Assembly: GCA_950097015.1 (NCBI GenBank)
Contig: CATNEN010000038.1
Coordinates: forward strand, 34,844,001-34,908,000
Source: Macrostomum hystrix
Lineage: Eukaryota; Animalia; Platyhelminthes
Direction of reading: 5' to 3'
DNA length: 64,000 bases
Position numbers and translations under genes: made by a program. Below, piece by piece: positions 15,056 to 24,889 of the stretch (within the stretch, counting starts at the first letter, position 1; each line of letters begins with the position of its first letter). The notes beneath the pieces were generated by a model. The model was not told the DNA's origin. It saw only the letters and a list, made by a program, of their open reading frames with translations, and made no database searches.

Positions 15056-15328
15056 TTAACCAAGTTAAGCTAGCTAATAAAAGTTAAGCTTAATAAAAAT
15101 ACGTGTAAAATTGTCCCCATATTTGGCATCTTTTGGTGAAGAAATGGTGAAAATCGTTTCAGCCGTTTTTTCTCTAATCAAAAGTGAACCCAGCACAAGA
15201 TTTTCATTTTAGTATAGTAAAGATAAAACTTGCTGCTTCACTCGAAAATACTTATATTATTTTCTGAGAGCGAGTACAGTAATAATAAATCTAACAAATA
15301 TCTGCTTCGACAGTAGCTAACCAAAAGC

Positions 15329-16107
15329 GCTTTTGTCGCGCTATGTGGAACAGTGGACATGCAAAACGGAACGGCCCATGGAATTCTGTGGCCAAGCGTT
15401 TGAATTCACACGAGAAAGTAAGCCATAGACAACTCAATTTGTCATGCTATGTGGAACGATAAGGTTTTGTGTGGTTTTAATTTATAAAACCAGATTAGAT
15501 TTCATTTGCAGAAAGAATAAAAACAAGCAGAAACAGAACATTTTTCTCAGTTGCATTCAAATGAATCTTATTTTAAGTCTGAAATTGAAGCATCAAAGTT
15601 AAAAAAATTCAACCCCTAAAACAGATGTCGCTGCAAACACAATCCAAACAATCGATTGCAGCGCAGCTCCCAACCAGCGCAATTGTCAGCAGTGATTGCT
15701 TGACCAACAGCTTCAGTCGCCTCCCGTTCAAGTAGCATGAATCTCCACTGCTCAAGTGTACTGTCACTCCTTCTGGTGGAACTTGCTCATCCTCAACCAT
15801 GCCGGCTTCCGCCAAATGGTTCTTGAGATTTGACTTTAACGCAGAGTTAGCAAATGCGCTGTCGATCACGTACAGCAATTTGGGGCGCCATTATTGCTTA
15901 ACTGATCAAACGAAAGAAAATGAAAGCGTGTTGTCTCTGTGAAAAGCTAAAATCGTTCCTGATCTATTCTGGCTCATCGTTCCACATAGCATGACAATTT
16001 GAGTTGTCTATGGCTTACTTTCTCGTGTGAATTCAAACGCTTGGCCACAGAATTCCATGGGCCGTTCCGTTTTGCATGTCCACTGTTCCACATAGTGCGA
16101 CAAAAGC
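15329..16107. mobile_element. Fold-back / MITE-like element with 132-bp inverted arms
   Basis: 15329..15460 is the near-perfect reverse complement of 15976..16107; no clear target duplication. Confidence 0.65.
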
Positions 16108-16678
16108 AATATTTATACTCGAACCAAAAAATGGCCAATAAAAAATACTAATAAACAGTAACTTACGTTTTTAACTGTTAATGATAGAAGATTTGAAGAA
16201 AAAGAAGAGTAACAAAGCTGATGCTGAAATTAGATCTGCATTCTGCAAAATAATAAAAGTACTTTACTTCGGAGCTAGATAAAAGAGAGCGGCACAATGA
16301 TCGAAGTCGAGATAAGGTTTGACAATAGAAAGGTTGCAGTTTTATGGATAGAAAAGAGGAGGAGAGGTCTCGCTAGCATTGAGCATCATAAAAGCCCAAT
16401 CATGAAATCTGCTATGTACGAGATTACGTTTTACTTATTCAAATCAAATCACTCAATCAGCCAAGAGACAAATTTATAAACGCACGTACGGGTCGAAAAG
16501 CAGTGACGCAATCCTATTCAATTGAGAGTATCGGGCCCTGTTCTGGCGCTATACCAATGCACGCGCGGGCGAGAAAAAGCACCGATGCAATCTAATAAAA
16601 CTGACAGTGTCCGGCCCTATTCTAATTTAATCTTAACTTAATTAATCTTAATAATCTTAGACATTTAGTATAGTAGGA

Positions 16679-17104
16679 CTAGCAAGTTTTGCCCCCCTTC
16701 GGGGAGCAGAAATATTTTTAATTCGTCCAGTATATACCTTTTAGCAGCTGTAGTTTCAGCTTTTTTCTAAGCTACAATGATCCCCCAGCTGACAATGATC
16801 ACCCAGTTGCAATCACCCAGTTCACGCAGTTCCAATTTGTCTCCAGAGTGCAGGCTTCAAATTCAATCGGCTAGGGGTTGTTGCGCAATTTGACGATGCA
16901 ATTCTAATTCAGTGGCAGTGAGTAAAATTCTCAATAGGCCAAGATGGTTTGACCTTTGAAAAAATCTTGTTTTTCGAATATTTAATCCCCTTAGCAATAA
17001 AGTTAAGCTTAATAAAAATACGTGTAAAATTGTCCCCATATTTGGCATCTTTTGGTGAAGAAATGGTGAAAATCGGTTCATATACTAAAATTTAGTATAG
17101 TAGA
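16679..17104 (-). mobile_element. Non-autonomous Helitron, short copy (426 bp)
   Basis: Minus strand: A|TCTACTATACTAAA ... GCTCCCCGAAGGGGGGCAAAACTTGCTAG|T. Canonical TC / hairpin / CTAG ends at an AT site. Confidence 0.82.
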
Positions 17105-17506
17105 TATATCTGAGCATCTGTTTGTCATGCATATAATGTTTCATCATTAAAACTTGCAAATGAATTACAACTGACGAAAATTTTCACCTCTCAACTGTCA
17201 GCGACAGCTGTCACTGTTCACTCGCAGACAGTCTGCCGCTGCCGCTTTTTCAATAACTTCTCGAAAAAATGCTGATAAGACAATATCATCACAGGCCTCT
17301 CCAAAACATGTGTTCGTGTCAGTAGAATCTTTCAACTACCCACGCTTGTGAAAAAGCTGCCAAGTAAAAGGCAATTATCCAACAAAATAAGCATAGGATT
17401 TTTGTGAATTGGCAAACAACTATATAAGCACACCAGGAGCGAATCTTTAGATTTTCAAGCTAGAAAATAATCACCTGCCTATTCGATACAACAACTCAAT
17501 AGCAAA

Positions 17507-18400
17507 ATGGTTCGTCAAAACGTAACTTTAAAAACGACTTCTAGCATTTTTCTGCTACTACTAATGCTGCTGCTGCTGTTGCTTCGAGGTGCGATGAGCT
17601 GCCGGCCGCGGATCTCCTTTCATCCTGTGTGGACCTCGAACTGCGTGTCGCCGGCCTACCAAAAGGCCATTCCGGTGGGCCCGGGTCTCGCATCCAGTAC
17701 CGTGGCCTGCGCACTCCGCTGTCGGACAGCTCCGAGGTGCCGAGCCTTCGCCATGGAGCCGTCGACTCCGACGGCGCAGCAGCTCTGCCTGCTGTTCGCA
17801 TTCGATGCCTGCAGCTCGCAGCTGCTGCTCGATCCCAGCTCGTGGAGCAGCGGCTGCGGCAGCAGGAGGCTCCGAGTGTTCGTCAAGCAGTCGGAGGGTC
17901 TCGAGCCGGGCCGACTGTGTCCAGCCGACTATCGATGGGTGAGCGGCGTCAGCGGCAGCCAGTTCAAGGGATCGCTGTACAAGGCTGCGGGGAACAGGCA
18001 AGTCGGCAACTGGAACGCCCAGGCTGTCAGCTGCCGGAGCTTCCTGAACATCTCGGACGGCTCCGCCATGCCGCTGACGAAGCTGGCCGATCTGAGCAGT
18101 GTCCAGGAGCTCGAGGATGTGAGGGCGTCCATTGGAATCGCCAGTGGTGACATCTGGGTGGGCGCCACCTCTCTGGGCAACGGCAGCTGGGCCTGGCCTG
18201 ACTGCGCCTGGCCGCTGCCTCTCAGTACCACCGGCAATGGCGGACTGTGGAACACTGGCGAGCCCAATGAAGCAAACAGCGGCGACATTAGGGCCAGGAT
18301 TCTGAGCTCGGGCCTCTCGGACCGACCCGCCAGTTTGCAGTTCTACGGCGCCTGCGAGTGCTCTGATCCGTTTTCGTTCTTCACTACTTCTGGCCTATGA
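17507..18400 (+). CDS. Secreted PAN/apple-like + C-type lectin-like protein, copy C
   Basis: 297-aa intronless ORF with a Leu-rich signal peptide, the same core as copy B, and an EPN motif. TATA-like TATATAAG at about 17421. Confidence 0.8.
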   Translation: MVRQNVTLKTTSSIFLLLLMLLLLLLRGAMSCRPRISFHPVWTSNCVSPAYQKAIPVGPGLASSTVACALRCRTAPRCRAFAMEPSTPTAQQLCLLFAFDACSSQLLLDPSSWSSGCGSRRLRVFVKQSEGLEPGRLCPADYRWVSGVSGSQFKGSLYKAAGNRQVGNWNAQAVSCRSFLNISDGSAMPLTKLADLSSVQELEDVRASIGIASGDIWVGATSLGNGSWAWPDCAWPLPLSTTGNGGLWNTGEPNEANSGDIRARILSSGLSDRPASLQFYGACECSDPFSFFTTSGL

Positions 18401-18642
18401 CGACGAATTTTCCTAAATAAAACTCAAGACTAGAATGAAAATTACAACCAAGCAAGCAAGCAAGCAAGCAAACATTTCATTTTTAGTATAGTAGAAGTCA
18501 TTGATGAGACACACAACTTAGGCAACCTTAAATTGGTTGCTGAAAAAATGCATAATAGCAGAGGCCAAGGAACCGAGAATATACGAACTTATACAATATA
18601 GGTCACTATGAGGCTCGAATGGATGTCCTCACATCCAGCAGC

Positions 18643-18960
18643 ATCCCATCTCTCCTGTCCCATCTCTCTCCTGTCTCATCTCTCTCCTGTCCCATCTCTC
18701 TCCTGTCTCATATTTCTCCTGTCCCATCTCTATCTTGTCCCATATCTCTCCTGTCCCATCTCTCTCCTGTCTCATATTTCTCCTGTCCCATCTCTATCTT
18801 GTCCCATATCTCTCCTGTCCCATCTCTCTCCTGTCTCATCTCTCTCCTGTCCCATCTCTCTCTTGTCCAATAACTCTTTTGTCCCATCTCTCCTGTCCAA
18901 TCTCTACCTGTCTCATATCTCTCCTGTCCAATCTCTACCTGTCTCATATCTCTCCACTCT
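18643..18960. repeat. Inverted block of the GGGACAGGAGAGAT minisatellite
   Basis: (ATCTCTCCTGTCCC)n with degenerate units; reverse complement of the 8225..10551 unit. Confidence 0.9.
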
Positions 18961-19629
18961 TCCTATAATATAATCTCTGTCTGCCTCATATTTATGCTCT
19001 CTTGTCTCTCTCCTAGTTATCTTTTTCTAAGCTAAAAGTTGTAAAATATGTATTGAAATCTTGCACATTGACAATAATATGTATAAATCGACATTCTCTG
19101 TCGTAGGCAAGCAGCAGTGCGCGTAAAATATTTAAATTAACTTCTCTTTCGTAGCTTTGCAGAAAGTTTAAGAACTTGTTTGCCACTTGGTGTGCATCCG
19201 CCTACACAGATTCAGCGTTTTATATTAGAGATATAAAAAACATATTATATGAAACTTTTTGTCCACACAGAATTCAATAGTTTGTGCAAATGCAGTCTTC
19301 TCATAAAACAACAGCTACGATTATGCAGAGGCGGGTTTAAACAGAAGAGACCGTCATGACAACGGGGATGATGCATGGCTAGCTCTCTATCTACATTAGA
19401 CCCTGATCGTAGCATAAATGATGCAGCGAAATTTAGGCATTTTCTCATTAGACCTTCTCTACTAGTTACAGATAGGCAAAATATATAATATGACTGTAAT
19501 GACTGACTGTTTATGACAGTATAAATTAACGAATCAGAGAGCTCTGTTGCACATAATTTACTTTCATACTAACCAGAGTCAGCTATGATAAACAGGTGGT
19601 CTTTGAGAACAGAAGAGTTAGGACAAAAT

Positions 19630-19708
19630 GAGTGACGTAGCCAGGATTTTTTTCTATTTTGGAGCCCAGCATAGAGGGGGGTGCGCGGCTCCCATGGCTA
19701 CGTCCCTG
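19630..19708. mobile_element. Tiny hAT-like MITE relic
   Basis: Imperfect inverted ends GAGTGACGTAGCCA / TGGCTACGTCCCTG; the flanking 8-mers GACAAAAT and GCCAAAAG match at 6 of 8 positions. Confidence 0.4.
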
Positions 19709-19784
19709 GCCAAAAGTACATCAGACTTTAGTCCAGCAGGCCTCACTAACAGTAGTAAGTTCTCACACTAGGCAGGGCTTCAAG

Positions 19785-19889
19785 TCAAGCAAAGTGCCAA
19801 AACGGGTCCGAGCACTCGCAGGCGCCGTTGTACTTTCCGGATTCAAAATTGTCGAACAAAGCAAGATCGCGAATCCTGGCCCGCGAATC
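19785..19889 (-). pseudogene. 3' relic of a divergent fifth lectin paralog
   Basis: Translates to DSRARIRDLALFDNFESGKYNGACECSDPFWHFA*, homologous to DIRARILSSGLSDRPASLQFYGACECSDPF in copies B-D. Confidence 0.75.
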
Positions 19890-20003
19890 TCACGCAAGCA
19901 AACTAAGTAGATCAGTAAGCCAACAAGGAAACAATTGAAGAAGAAAACAAGAACATTCAGCTGGGTAGCAGCCTCCTTAAGTCCTAAGCTTGATGACAAC
20001 TCT

Positions 20004-20897
20004 TCATAGGCCAGTAGTAGTGAAGAACAAAAACGGATCAGAGCACTCGCAGGCACCGTAGAACTGCCGAGTGGCGGGTCGGTCCGAGAGGCCCGAGCTC
20101 AGAATCCTTGCCCTAATGTCGCTGCTGTCTGCTTCGTTGGGCTCGCCAGTGTTCCACAGTCCGCCATTGCCGGTGGTACTGAGAGGCAGCGGCCAGCCGC
20201 AGTCAGACCAGGCCCAGCTGCCGTTGCCCAGTGGCGTGGCGCCAACCCAGATGTCACCACTGGCGAGTTCAATGGACGTCCTCACATCCTGGAGCTCCTG
20301 GACGCTGCTCAGATCGGCCAGCTTCGTCAGCGGCATGGCGGAGCCTTCCAAGATGTTCAGGAAGCTCCGGCAGCTGACAGCCTGGGTGCTCCAGTTGCCG
20401 ACCTGCCTGTTCCCCGCAGCCTTGTACAGCGATCCCTTGAACTGGCTGCCACTGACGCCGCTCACCCATCGATAGTCGGCTGGACACAGTCGGCCCGGCT
20501 CGAGACCCTCCGACTGCTTGACGAACACTCGGAGCCTCCTGCTGCCGCAGCCGCTGCTCCACGAGCTGGGATCGAGCAGCAGCTGCGAGCTGCAGGCATC
20601 GAATGCGAACAGCAGGCAGAGCTGCTGCGTCGTCGGAGTCGACGGCTCCATGGCGAAGGCTCGGCACCTCGGAGCTGTCCGACAGCGGAGTGCGCAGGCC
20701 ACGGTACTGGATGCGAGACCCGGGCCCACCGGAATGGCCTTTTGGTAGGGCTGCGACACGCAGTTCGAAGTGTAAATCGGGTGAAAAGAGACGGGCTCGC
20801 AGCAGGAATAGTTCTTGAACTGCAGTAGTACATGTAGCACTATCAACATAAATTGCTTGAGAAGAGAGTGACAGGACCTTCGCGTTGGTGAGTTCAT
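20004..20897 (-). CDS. Secreted PAN/apple-like + C-type lectin-like protein, copy D
   Basis: 297-aa intronless ORF with its own hydrophobic N-terminus and the same core; its 3' flank matches that of copy B. Confidence 0.8.
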   Translation of the reverse strand: MNSPTRRSCHSLLKQFMLIVLHVLLQFKNYSCCEPVSFHPIYTSNCVSQPYQKAIPVGPGLASSTVACALRCRTAPRCRAFAMEPSTPTTQQLCLLFAFDACSSQLLLDPSSWSSGCGSRRLRVFVKQSEGLEPGRLCPADYRWVSGVSGSQFKGSLYKAAGNRQVGNWSTQAVSCRSFLNILEGSAMPLTKLADLSSVQELQDVRTSIELASGDIWVGATPLGNGSWAWSDCGWPLPLSTTGNGGLWNTGEPNEADSSDIRARILSSGLSDRPATRQFYGACECSDPFLFFTTTGL

Positions 20898-21911
20898 TCC
20901 AGCAGGATGAATATTTCAGATTATAACTGACTCTGATTAGTAGTTGACAGTTGGAGAGAAAGAATTATGTTACTAGCTCAGCTAAGAAATACTGGAGTCA
21001 CTTCGTTCTCAAATAATTTATTCTTTGATGAAAAAGTTTGAGGAGCCATGCAGCTATTTTATTAAATTAGCATACTACCATGTACTCCTATCTAGATATC
21101 TCTAGCTTAAAAGCGTAGATTGAAAACGATTGGTGGATTTTAAGTGACACAATGTGCTCTCGCTAAACAACGTACATTTTTTGATAGGTTGGTAGATAGA
21201 AAAAGGGAAGGGTTTTGACAAATTTTTGTCTTTTTAGTTAAAATATAACGACGGTTTATTGGACTTCATTTTTTGGCTACAATTATAAGCAATTTTAGGC
21301 GTTACACTGACCATACGTCCAACGCGTCACCACCATAGGCACGCTAGTTTCGCTATGAAGACTAAAAAAGTTATAAAATTGAAATTGCTACACCTTTTTA
21401 CTTTCTATTTTAGAAAAGTTGCACTCGATATTGACATCGTTGCATCCAATTTTGAGGGTCTGTGGCAGCGCTAGCAAAGATTTTCAACATATTTCGACAA
21501 ACTTTGGTTCACTTCTGACAATTTGCATCCGATATTGACAATCTTCAAGCTTTGTTGACACTTAGCAAGCAACTATGACATCGGGCAATCGATTCTGACA
21601 CCGGGTTACAAACCAATACCTTTGTTTCGCTGTCTATGGGAACAAGTCTGCTCATATGATGAATTGATGAATGATGATTGATGAATGAATGAAGCTGATT
21701 AATGAATGAATGAATGAAGAATGATGAATCAAGACAAACGCAATATCTATGGTAAATCCCACCCGATCATCTTCGCAAGTGTTTTATATTTTAGCTAGAC
21801 TAATAGACAATCAGTGACAAAGAAATCAGTTTTTTCATCGACTTCTGCCTTAGCTACAACTTGATAAAGTGCATCAGCCACAAGAACCCAACAAATGGCA
21901 GAGCGGCCTAA

Positions 21912-22437
21912 CAGGTTGTCCCTCATCCTCCCTACTCCCCAGACCTGGCGCCAGCTGACTATTTCCTCTTCCCAACGATCAAGGGGGAGCTGGGGGGCGT
22001 CTCCATCAGCGGAGACACCTTCAAGGTGGAGCGGGAGCGAGCCTGCAGCCGCCTTTCGCCAGGTGCCTTCGCCTCAGTCTTTGGCAAGTGGATCGAGCGG
22101 CTCAAGAAGTGTGTCGAGATGAAGGGCAACTACGTCGAGAAGGGCTCGAAGATAGCAGAGGACGAAGATGAGGCCTTTTCTGACGTTGACATTTAGAAAA
22201 TTGAAGAAGCGACAAGAACATCCAATATTTCTGGGCAATAGTACACCATTTTTTGGGTCTCTCGACCTGTACTTTTGTTCAATGAGAAAGCGTACAGTTG
22301 TTGCTAGTTTTTTAACCAAAGTTTTGCTAATTGTATGTTAAAATTCATGCTCTTTCAGAATAAATCATCTGCTTTCCTCTAAAGTGTTTAAAAACGAGGC
22401 TGCCGAGACTGTCTCACTTGAACTTGACCGCACCTCG
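21912..22437 (+). mobile_element. Mariner transposon relic (transposase C-terminus and right terminal repeat)
   Basis: Frame 21912..22196 reads VPHPPYSPDLAPADYFLFPTIK...KWIERLKKCVEMKGNYVEK (mariner YSPDLAPxD motif). The element ends ...CACCTCG|TA. Confidence 0.85.
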
Positions 22438-22596
22438 TACCAAGCAATATTGCTTTTAAAGAAGATAGACGTCTGGTTATGACAAAGAACAACTTATATT
22501 ACTCAAAATTGAACTGATTTAGACAAATTCAAACGAACAAATTGTGAGAATTTATTCGCTACCATTAAATTTTAATGGGATTCACGAACTACAAAT

Positions 22597-23340
22597 CTAT
22601 CTGCTTAGCAACACAATTTGCTCTGATCCGGGATAGCTGGGCAATTGCAGGTTCAACTTGGCCGCCAGCTCCGGCGGTACGCAGCGACCGCCTAAGAAAT
22701 GAAACTGGCCGTTAAAGTATGCGGCACACATCTTAGGCGCAGTCAGCGAGACCAGACAGTGTGGCTGGATTGACGGACACTCGAGCAGCGGGCCTAGTTC
22801 CACATCCCAACCGCTGGGTACATCTACACTAACAATGGGCACCTCAGTGCCGGCCAGAGCGGACATCACCGCTTCGAATTCCGGGCGTACCGGCGGCTTA
22901 AATGAAAAGCCAAATAAAGCATCAACAACTAAATCATATGAGGCCTTGATGCAGTCAGCGGTGGGATCTGAATCCACTAGAGGAACGCCAGACCGAAGGC
23001 ACTGCTTCAGAAGGCTACGATAGAGCGGCTTGTCTGTGCGCTTCGGATAATAGACAGCTGGCGCGTAGCCGAACTGGCCTAGATGGCGAGCGCAGACTAG
23101 GCCGTCGCCGCCGTTGTTGCCAGGCCCGCAGCAGACCAGAACACGCGGCCGGTGAGCGTTGCCGTCTAGCTTAGAGGCTGGCGGATACGCCCGGTGCACG
23201 GCCTGGGCGCAGGCTAGTCCAGCCAGTTCCATCAGCTGTTCGACGCTGAATCCATACTCGGTGAACAGCTGCTCATCGACGCGTATAGCGGACGCCTGGT
23301 CTAAATAAGTCCAGCTGCTGCTGCTTTTGCCACTGCTCAT
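22597..23340 (-). CDS. NAXE: NAD(P)H-hydrate epimerase (YjeF_N / AIBP)
   Basis: Motifs EYGFSVEQLMELAGLACA, VCCGPGNNGGDGLVCARHL, VVDALFGFSFK, SVDVPSGWDVE, LVSLTAPK, HFLGGR. First ATG at 23340; a 17-codon in-frame extension reaches a splice acceptor at 23391. Confidence 0.95.
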   Translation of the reverse strand: MSSGKSSSSWTYLDQASAIRVDEQLFTEYGFSVEQLMELAGLACAQAVHRAYPPASKLDGNAHRPRVLVCCGPGNNGGDGLVCARHLGQFGYAPAVYYPKRTDKPLYRSLLKQCLRSGVPLVDSDPTADCIKASYDLVVDALFGFSFKPPVRPEFEAVMSALAGTEVPIVSVDVPSGWDVELGPLLECPSIQPHCLVSLTAPKMCAAYFNGQFHFLGGRCVPPELAAKLNLQLPSYPGSEQIVLLSR

Positions 23341-23560
23341 TGCTCTTCTAGCCACAACTGGGAGGAAGTAAAATGGGTAGCCTAGTCGGAGCTGCAAAAT
23401 GGACAAGGATATGGGACTGCGGAGGTCATTGTACAGTGATAAGTAAATTGTCTTCAAAAGAAAAAAATTACTTCTTTAAATAGTTGTTAAGTGGTCATGA
23501 CCGATCCTTCTGTGACTTGGATTTTTTGCCATCGAACTTGTGTAAGCACTGGCAGCTTAA

Positions 23561-24123
23561 GAGTAGAAAGATTGCGCTATTTTTCCGCTGGGGGATATTT
23601 CAAATACCCACTGCCTGCTTCATGATTTCTTCTAAACCGAATGACCGATTTTCATGAAAGTCTACCATGAACTAACTTTCAAAGCCGTCACCATCGTCGA
23701 GATATTCAGCGATTCCTGTCGAAAACCCGGGTGAAGGACAACTAACATTGCTCTGGATAGCCTGTATGGTCCAATAGTCTGAGTCCATCTGTCGTGGGAA
23801 CCTAAGTTCTCAGCACCGCAGGCACCAGGGTCCCCTTTATCGCCGTTTGGAGAATCGGCGGCGACCGTCGGGACCTTCAACCAAAGCTCCCGATCGGCAT
23901 CACGGGTGACTGTGCCTATATTGGCGGTTTTTGCCACCTGACACCCGACAAGAATCGTTGAATATCTCGACGATGCCGATGTTTGTGGTTGTGGAAGTAG
24001 TTTCATCGGATAGAGCGGAAATGTTGAGCCCGTGGTCTGGATTTCAATGGCGATTTGTTGAATATTTCGGGAGATCATAAATAAATGTGGGCATTTGAAA
24101 TAAGGCCCGTGCCCTTTCTACTG
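23561..24123. mobile_element. MITE with TTAA target duplication (Kolobok/piggyBac-type)
   Basis: TTAA|GAGTAGAAAG ... CTTTCTACTG|TTAA, plus the subterminal inverted pair TATTTCAAATACCCAC / GTGGGCATTTGAAATA. Confidence 0.7.
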
Positions 24124-24290
24124 TTAAGGACCTGAACTGGCTAGGGGCCGCAACTGCTAATAATCGACCAGCGGGTCACGAGCATTTTCGCACCTGGCCA
24201 TTGCGGCTGCAAATATTCGAACCAACACTCCGAGAAGGTTATCTGAAGGTAATATTCTGAACATTAGAAGTCGGATATGTTTTACACTCT

Positions 24291-24540
24291 AATTAATAAT
24301 TAGTGATTGATTACACCAGCCTCAATTGGGTCACAGCTGCAGCCATTGCGCGGCGCATCTGAAGGCTGCGTACAGCTGTTCAGTCCATGGACTGGGGGAC
24401 GCCACACCCACTTTCAATTATCCCAGCTGATGCTGGTACCCATTTAACAGCTGGGTGAACTGAAACAATGGAGAAATAAGTGCCTTGTTAAAGGACACAA
24501 ATCGTTCCAGTGGAGTCGGGAATCGAACACCCGACCTCTT
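24291..24540 (-). mobile_element. tRNA-derived SINE family 2 (Deu/Nin-like core), 5'-truncated
   Basis: Reverse complement is homologous to 43536..43866; B box GTTCGATTCC and core CACCCAGCTGTTAAATGGGTACC. Confidence 0.7.
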
Positions 24541-24889
24541 AAACAACCTCTTTACAGTCTGCAAGAACTATTAAATCAGTGTAAGAGGCAGACGCGGAGA
24601 AGAAGCAGGCACCCCTTAATACTGCTACGAGTAGTAGAAACAAAAAATTTAGTAATCATGATAAAAAAATAAACAATTCGGCTGAATTTAGCGAACCTGT
24701 TCTGTATTTAAAAATTGAAAACATGATAAAAGCTGTTAAAGCAGAATTATCATACTAGAAACATGATAGACACACAACAATGCACAAGTTTGTTTGGTGT
24801 TGTGCGACAAAGCAAAACATGATGCAAAGTGAATGTTAGTAAAACTCGATGGTCTTGACCATGGAGTGCACACGTGGCCAGTAGCAGTA

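Larger units (their letters stand above)
10930..15223 (-). mobile_element. Non-autonomous Helitron, long copy expanded by internal minisatellites
   Basis: On the minus strand: A|TC 5' end (TCTTTACTATACTAAAATG) at 15223; GC hairpin CCCCGAAGGGG shortly before the CTAG|T 3' end at 10930; no target duplication. Both ends and internal blocks match the short copy at 16679..17104. Confidence 0.8.

Noticed and set aside
23341-23457. TTG start for NAXE given by the ORF track
   Set aside because: This is a prokaryote-style start call; the region upstream of 23391 looks like a splice-acceptor tract.
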